A stretch of DNA of 26,830 nucleotides from Octopus sinensis (lineage: Eukaryota), in contig NW_021834137.1 in NCBI RefSeq assembly GCF_006345805.1, positions 1 through 26,830 of the forward strand. Reading direction: 5' to 3'. Positions 19,900 to 26,830 of this stretch are shown here, one piece after another; position 1 is the first letter of the stretch, and each line of letters starts with the position of its first letter. Made by a program: the position numbers and the translations under genes. The notes below the pieces were generated by a model. That model worked only from the letters and a program-made list of their open reading frames with translations. It was not told the origin of the DNA and searched no databases.

Positions 19900-20960
19900 A
19901 ATTTCAAATCCATCCTCCTCCAAAATAACTCCAGAACATCTTAGGGATAACAATATACAACATAGCTAGCATGGCCTTTCATGCTGTAATATTCAGTTTG
20001 TGGATGTAGCGGAAACTTGCAGTTGATAGTTCTGCTTTCTTGTAATTTGGTTTGATAAAGAAATTTCGACTTCGTGTTCAAGAGCTATTAGTTTAACTGT
20101 GAGAGTTTCCTGTAGACAGTTCCCGTAGATTTTCGATAGTCTGTCAAAAAGTCTTAGCTGGAGATTTATGAATCCATTATTGACTTTGCTTATAATGAAA
20201 GTATCCAACTGATCAATGCTTGCCGTAGTCTTTCGATGTCTGTTCTTTTCTCTTTTATTTTTTGCTTTTTGTTGTTTTTTTTTTAAAGAGAATCCATTTT
20301 GTTTCTATGTTATCATCTCGTTCGATCTCAGATCCTCCCATCTGTTGTCGAATGGTAATCGTAACAAAATACAGTAAGGCATTCAATGTTGTTCAAAAAC
20401 AGAGAGTTTCAATTTTATGTCAAGTGTTCTTTGCCAGTTCGATCGATCACTGATTACATCAAGTCAGTAGGTTTTCCGTCAAGTCATGCTATAATCGTTC
20501 CTTCATTTAATGGTTTGCCGATGCAAATACTGAAGTCATACTGTGAAATGCGTCCGTACTACTTTTATTCTTTAGTCATTTGTAATTGTTCTTAAGCGGC
20601 TACAATGTGACCATGCAATGACAGCAATCCTGTTCTGTATCACTGTTTTATACGGGGCTCATGTGTTTTACTATGCATCATTAATGATTGGTTTTACCAG
20701 AGATAGTTGCATATTTCTTCTTAACGATTGCAGCTTTATGGCGCAAAGACTTCGTGCAGAAATTCAAGTAAGAAATCCAAGTATTCGCGATGCTTTTCAT
20801 GCTGGTAACTATTACCCCTTTTTACGTAACCGATCGAGGGATCTTATATGACGTCCTGGTGTAATTGGTGTAGTTCTAGATTCAGCTCAAATTTCACTGC
20901 AGTTTCTCTTAATAGTTGTGCGACCTGCGAAAGTTTATCCAGGTTTCGTTTCTTGTTATG
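19900..20960 (-). mobile_element. Possible highly decayed APE-type (RTE-like) LINE endonuclease and linker
   Basis: Scattered collinear look-alikes: KLSQVAQLLRE (20936), ISARSLCAIKL (20763), YDFSICIGK (GDFNA-like, 20540), DNIETKWILFK (20314). Many stops and shifts. Confidence 0.35.
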
Positions 20961-21334
20961 GCATATGTATTAATAATGGTCGAATTACATACCAGTTTAA
21001 TCCTATCGTTTAATTCTATTGCTACTGTTTTTTTTAGACTGACGCTTCTTTACATTTATACGCAAAAAAAATGATCCATTCCGTCCTCAGACTCGTGTTA
21101 ATACCAAAAGATTCGGAGATAATACTAACTGAATGAAAGTTTGAATATTCTCCTATGTTGACTTGACTGACTTCGACGTCATGTAGTATATATAGAGACA
21201 ATAGGTGAGAGCTGGGAGAATGCTCAGTATAGGAAACATATAGTAGTGCTCAAAAGAATTTGAACCTAAACTGCGCACCATCAAGAATGGCGATAAAATA
21301 TCCAGATCAAGCTGCTATGGAGCTAGTAATTGAA

Positions 21335-21510
21335 ACAAACACAGTTACGCTTGATATAAATATATTTACATGAAGTACAATGTAATTTCTAAACTCGACA
21401 GCTGTTTCAGGAAGCTCAGATTTACCTAATAAACATAATAATCATAAATTGCGGATGAAATGTGCAAAAATGTCATGGGTGTGTAACTTGTAATCAGTCA
21501 CATGAAGATA
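21335..21510 (-). repeat. Repeat X, copy 1 (Penelope-pLTR-like, with GAAACAGCTGTC)
   Basis: Reverse complement aligns in three blocks to 21671-21743, 21970-22030 and 22063-22105. Confidence 0.7.
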
Positions 21511-21615
21511 TTATTTTCTACTCTAGGCACAAAGCCCGAAATTTTGGGGGAGGGTGCCAGTCGATTAGATCGACCCCAGTACACAACTGGTACTTAATTT
21601 ATCGACCCCCGAAAG
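21511..21615 (-). mobile_element. SINE group C, 3' half
   Basis: Reverse complement is about 85% similar to 21856-21960. Confidence 0.88.
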
Positions 21616-21670
21616 TCACTTGAAAATATTACAATAAGTCTTGTTCCCCCTCATCAAGAAGTTGGTAAAT

Positions 21671-22105
21671 ACCTTCATGTGATTGGTTACCGGTTACATG
21701 TCCATGACATTTTGTACATTTCATCTGCAATTTATGATTATTATAAGGCGGCAAGCTGGCAGAAACGTTAGCACGCTGAGCGAAATGCTTAGCGTTATTT
21801 CGTCTGCCTTTACATTCCGAGTTCAAATTCCGCTGAGGTCGACCGTGCCTTTCATCCATTCGGTGTCGATAAATTGAGCACCAGTTGCGTACTGGGGTCG
21901 ATCTAATCACTGGCCCTCCGCACAAAGATTTCGGGCCATGTGCCTAAAGTAGAAAATGATTCTTACCAAATTATTATTATTATTACGTAACTCCGAGCTT
22001 CCTGAAACAGTTGTTGAGTTATGAAATTATTTATATTTTTTTACCTTATTCTGTATTTTTTGTGCTCCATGCAAACATATTTCTAATAAAGCTTAACTGT
22101 GTTTA
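21671..22105 (+). repeat. Repeat X, copy 2, interrupted by a group C SINE
   Basis: CTTCATGTGA...GCAATTTATGATTATTAT|SINE|...GAGCTTCCTGAAACAGTTGTTGAGTT...AATAAAGCTTAACTGTGTTT. Confidence 0.7.
21744..21960 (+). mobile_element. SINE group C, full-length monomer
   Basis: TAAGGCGGCAAGCTGGCAGAAACG head, GAGTTCAAATTCC B box, GGGCCATGTGCCTAAAGTAGAAAA tail. Confidence 0.92.
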
Positions 22106-22508
22106 TCTCTCTCTATATATGGAATATAATGTATGTATGTATGTATGTATGTATGTATGTATGTATGTATGTATGTATGTATGTATGTATGTATGTATGC
22201 ATATGCAGGTGGTTTACATGAACGTATAACATAGTGTGTATATATTTGTACGTTTGACTTTTGTATGTATGTATGTATGTATGTATGTGAACATATACGT
22301 ATTTATGTGAATGCGCGATAGGCTAAACTTCTGGAATGTTTTACATATCTCTACAATTCTGTTAATGGATTGTAATTGGATATTTCTAATTACTCGTACG
22401 TTTCCTGGTTGTCTGAGGTGGCAAAACTGAATGAACGTAGAGCCTCTTTCGACGACTATTTGTTAGCGTAGGAGGCAAACACACAACTACAGACACAGAC
22501 ACACTCAC

Positions 22509-22655
22509 CTTAATACGCACGCGCAAAAATATAGACATTGAGTGAAAAAGTGTGCGAGAGAGGCAGAGACAGAGGAAGAGTGAGGGCGGGAGTGAGACGT
22601 TACAATGTATTAGCTGAACACGATCGACATGAACTCTTTCTATCTCCTCATACAC
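22509..22655 (-). CDS. Candidate isolated internal exon (147 nt, phase 0), product unknown
   Basis: Long pyrimidine tract with TATTTTTCTCTTTAG|G acceptor and AAG|GTGAGT donor. Only frame 0 is open: VYEEIERVHVDRVQLIHCNVSLPPSLFLCLCLSRTLFHSMSIFLRVRIK. The second half is low complexity. Confidence 0.35.
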
Positions 22656-23269
22656 CTAAAGAGAAAAATATACACACACATAAATAGAGAGAGTGGGGGA
22701 AGGAAAAAACAAGAGAAACATAAAAACGGGTGAAACATTAAGACGTTAAACACGTCAGCGCCGAATCAGTGACGCCAGTTAAGCGGCGCCTAACAGCTAC
22801 TCCGAAACATTTCATGCCCCATTTGGAGGAGTGCCTTTCCGCTTCTTAAGATGCTCTTTGCTTGATGTATCCGATTTGATCCGAAGATACATTTTGACGT
22901 TCGATGGTTAAGTAGATACATTTACATGTATCTAAGTATAATTGTATAAATGTATGGGTAGTTATATAAAGTTGATAACAGCCATACGGGTGTGTATATG
23001 GAAGCCATAAATAGCTGTGACAGGAAAAAAGTTTCGTACTCAGTGCGGGTGTCGGTGGAGAAGGCAGCAATACAATTGAAACAGCCATCAATTTTAGTTC
23101 TCTACAGATTCAATAAAAGTTAATTTCTGTCAAAATATGCGTGTGTATATGTACAAGCGTGTATGATGAAGAAAACGTTTTGTCTCTGTGTGCGTATGAA
23201 TGTGTATGTGCGTGTCTGTGAGAGTGCAAGCTTTTCTATATATCTATGTGTTCATGTATATGTGTATGT

Positions 23270-23400
23270 ATATTGTATATATCTATATATAAGATATATA
23301 TATATTATATATATATATATATACATATATACACAACACACCACACACACACACACACACATATTAATATATATACATATATATATATATATATATGCAC

Positions 23401-23431
<31 letters not shown>

Positions 23432-23610
23432 TATATATAATATATGTTATTATATAAATATATGTATGTATGTATATATATAATATGTATGTGTGTATAT
23501 ATATAATATGTATGTATATATATATAAATAATATGTATTAAATGTACGTATATATATATATATTATATATATATATGTATGTATGTATATATATATATAT
23601 ATATATATAC

Positions 23611-23647
<37 letters not shown>

Positions 23648-23720
23648 CACACACATATATTATATATATATATATAGATATATATATATTCTATATTATA
23701 TATATATATATATATATGAA
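23270..23720. repeat. (TA)n-dominated microsatellite
   Basis: Seen directly. Confidence 0.95.
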
Positions 23721-23849
23721 TACGTTTGTGCGCATGAGAAACAAAAGAAATGTTGTGTGATTTTATGTGTGTGTGTGTATTGGACGAATGTGTATTTTAA
23801 GTGATTGCATATGATAACGTTCGTAAATACGATGCGACTGTATGTGTGA

Positions 23850-24620
23850 ATGTATGACTGTGTGTATGAGTATGTATGTATGTATGTGTATGATTTTGTG
23901 TACGTTGATGAAGTAGATTGTTATGTGTGGATCTGTGTGTGTATGTATGTATGTATGTATGTATGTATGTATGTATGTATGTATGTATGTATGTACGTAC
24001 TATGTATGTATGTATGTTGTATGTATGTATGTATGTATGTATGTATGTATGTATTGTACTTACGTGTGTATGTATGTATGTTATGTTAGTATGTATGTAT
24101 GTATGTATGTATGTATGTATGTATGTATGTATGTACGTACGTATGTATGTATGTATGTATGTATGTATGTATGTATGTATGTATGTATGTATGTACTTAC
24201 GTGTGTATGTATGTATGTATGTATGTATGTATGTTATGTATGTATGTATGTATGTATGTACGTACGTATGTATGTATGTATGTTGTATGTATGTATGTAT
24301 GTATGTATGTAGTATTGTACTTAGTGTGTAGTATGTATGTATGTATGTATGTATGTATGTATGTATGTATGTATGTATATGTATGTATGTATGTACTTAC
24401 GTGTGTATGTTGTATGTATGTATGTATGTATGTATGTATGTGATGTATGTAGGATGTACGTACGTATGTATGTATGTATGTATGTATGTATGTATTTGTA
24501 CTTACGTGTGTATGTATGTATGTATGTATGTATGTATTGTATGTATGTATGTATGTACGTACGTGTGTATGTATGTATGTATGTATGTATGTATGTTGTA
24601 GTATGTATGTATGCATGTGT
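23850..24620. repeat. (TATG)n array with recurring TACTTACGTGTG variant blocks
   Basis: Variant block near 24057, 24194, 24393 and 24499. Confidence 0.96.
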
Positions 24621-24754
24621 GTCTGTGTGAGTGCGTCCGCTTGTGTATGAAAAAGCAAGCGATAGAGGAATGAAGATGGACAGAAAAAATATAAAATGCA
24701 TCTGGATACGATATTAAGTGTTCGTTTTAAAAAAAATGATGTGTACTTGCGCGA

Positions 24755-24784
24755 TTGCGTGCGTGTGTGCGTGTGTGTGTGTGT

Positions 24785-24834
<50 letters not shown>

Positions 24835-24944
24835 TGGGAGAGAACATTTTTGAAGGTGTGTTTGGTTCTGTGTGACTATATGAATGAGTCTGAGACATAA
24901 ACAGACGACAGACAGACGGACGGATGGTTAGGTAGGTAGGTATG

Positions 24945-25012
<68 letters not shown>

Positions 25013-25029
25013 CAGATAGACAGATAGAC

Positions 25030-25074
<45 letters not shown>

Positions 25075-25135
25075 CACATACATACATACATACATACATA
25101 CATACATACATACATACATACATACATACATAGGC
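24755..25135. repeat. (GT)n, then (GGTA)n-(GATA)n-(GACA)n-(TACA)n compound microsatellite
   Basis: Seen directly. Confidence 0.93.
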
Positions 25136-25417
25136 AAACAGATAAAGAGATTTAGATATACATACATACATATATATATCATACATATACATAAACTGAT
25201 AAATAGATAGTTAAATAGACGGACATTAAAAGCTGTTCGTACAAATGAAATTGTAAGTGCAAACGAATGTCCGCCGCTATCTCTCTGTCTCTCACACTCA
25301 CCCCTTTCTCTTCCTCTCTCTCCCTTTCTTTCTCCGCCTCTCCCTCTTTCTACGTGATAAAATAAGTAAAAGTGTAACACCAAACACCGGGTAGGCTTTT
25401 GGCCTGTCAATCTAGAC

Positions 25418-25603
25418 CAGTGCTCCGCAACCCATATGCCGCGGCTCACTGGTGTGCCACGAGACGATGTTAGGGGTGCCGCAGTGTAACCCGAACATAA
25501 TTTTTCCCCTTATACTTCTAGTTATATTCTTAGTCCAGGTGTGCCGCTAAATTTTGAAAAAAATATAAATGTGCCGCAAGTGAATAAAGGTTGCGGAGCA
25601 CTG
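25418..25603. mobile_element. hAT (Charlie-like) MITE, 186 bp
   Basis: Perfect 15-bp TIRs CAGTGCTCCGCAACC and GGTTGCGGAGCACTG; flanks ATCTAGAC and GGCTAGAC; repeated GTGCC(G/A)C motifs at 25454, 25476, 25541 and 25571. Confidence 0.9.
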
Positions 25604-25611
25604 GGCTAGAC

Positions 25612-25905
25612 CAGTGGCTCCCAAACGTTTTCAGGTGCCGCCCCCTTTGGCACCAGGACAAGTTACTAGTACCCCACTCCCCGCTCACCACCACAAACAT
25701 TGATCACTTTCTATGACAAATTCAAAGCAATAGTATTTCACAAATAAAACAATCTAATTAAACCCATTATTTTGGGAGGTCTTTTCCAGCCGTCACCCCA
25801 ATTTAGCCACCTTATTATTACCTCAGTTTTCTTCAACGCTCCCTAGATTTTTTCCCAGCCCCGCAAAGGGTGGTGGAACAGTACTGCCCACTTCGGGAAC
25901 CACGG
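25612..25905. mobile_element. Second hAT MITE, 294 bp, abutting the first
   Basis: TIRs CAGTGGCTCCCAAAC and CTTCGGGAACCACGG (11/15); flanks GGCTAGAC and GTCTCGAC. Confidence 0.7.
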
Positions 25906-26006
25906 GTCTCGACTTTCCCTTCCATACCGAGGCCTTCTTTTAGTTTTGTTGGGAGGGTCATCATCCATCACGGCCGCCTGACCAGGGCTGTCATGACTTC
26001 ATCATA

Positions 26007-26155
26007 TTACTCACATTTGCAAGCTGAGTGGACAATAGCAACGTTAAATGAAGTGTTTTGCTCAAGAACACAATGCATCGCCCGGTCCAGGAATCGAACC
26101 CATAATCTTACAACCGTGAGTGCAACCCCGTCAGCAACTAAGTCACGCGCTCCAC
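26007..26155 (-). mobile_element. SINE group B, head/body B2 without tail T1
   Basis: Reverse complement aligns with 11274-11422 through GAGTAA, then diverges. Confidence 0.85.
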
Positions 26156-26619
26156 TTGTTAGAAGAAGTAAGACGCATATTTAAGGTGATATTGGTGACG
26201 CGTGAAAGGGTTACATGCAACGGATGCACAAGAGAGGAGGTCAGAGAGGGAGAGAGAGAAGCGTTAGAGGGGGAGAAGAAAGAGAGGAGGAAGGGGAGAA
26301 AGGAAGAGAGTGATAGTGAATGCGTATGCATCTAAGGAAAGTCTGTGTGCGATTACGTGTCTGTATGTGTAAATATGTTTGAATCTTTGAAAGGGAGACA
26401 TAAACAGTATGTATGTGTGAATCTTAAATTAAGTTTCTTTCTGTGTTAATGTAGATGTAAAAGCTATTGGAATGAGCGAGTTTTGTGTAAGGGTGACGAG
26501 TTTAAACAGTATCTATATGTGTGTGGATACGTGTCTGTGAATATGAGATTGCGTGTGCTTGCGAGAATAACAAAAATATAAGCTCAAAAGGTGTTCGTGT
26601 GCAAAAGTCTATGATGGCC

Positions 26620-26760
26620 GAAAGAAGAAACTGTATGTTCGTGCGTGTGCTTGCATATACTTCTGTGTGCATGTGTGTGTGTGCGCGTGCGTGTTTGTTT
26701 GTGTGTGTCAGTGTGTGTGTGTGTGTGTGTCAGTGTGTGTGTGTGTGTGTGTGTGTGTGT
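26620..26760. repeat. (GT)n-rich microsatellite
   Basis: Seen directly. Confidence 0.92.
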
Positions 26761-26830
26761 TCCGATATAGCCTTGCTCACTTACGGTAGATAGGTTTAAG
26801 TGAGAAAATGTAGACTAAAGTCTTTTGTTA

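Overview
AT-rich, microsatellite-saturated animal genomic DNA with no intact protein-coding gene. The SINE set and the repeat landscape look like an octopod cephalopod (Octopus sp.); this is inferred from remembered repeat families, not from a database hit. Most long ORFs in the six-frame track are read-throughs of (CATA)n, (CA)n, (TA)n, (GGT)n or (GAT)n repeats or of SINE consensus sequence. The window holds: (i) about 20 copies or fragments of at least three tRNA-derived SINE groups (labelled A, B, C here), many nested, tandem or inverted; (ii) four decayed coding pieces of an R4/Dong-like non-LTR retrotransposon (RT, post-RT, two RLE endonuclease ends) plus two copies of a putative 3' end attached to (CATA)n; (iii) a 5' fragment of a Tc1 transposon, three hAT MITEs and one non-autonomous Helitron; (iv) a roughly 770-bp compound inverted repeat whose arms carry part of a Penelope-type minimal hammerhead signature; (v) one plausible minus-strand exon (22509-22655) and one GC3-biased orphan island. 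I found no convincing new biological system. The best leads are the apparent (CATA)n association of the R4-like LINE, the hammerhead-like remnants and the repeated element-into-element insertions.
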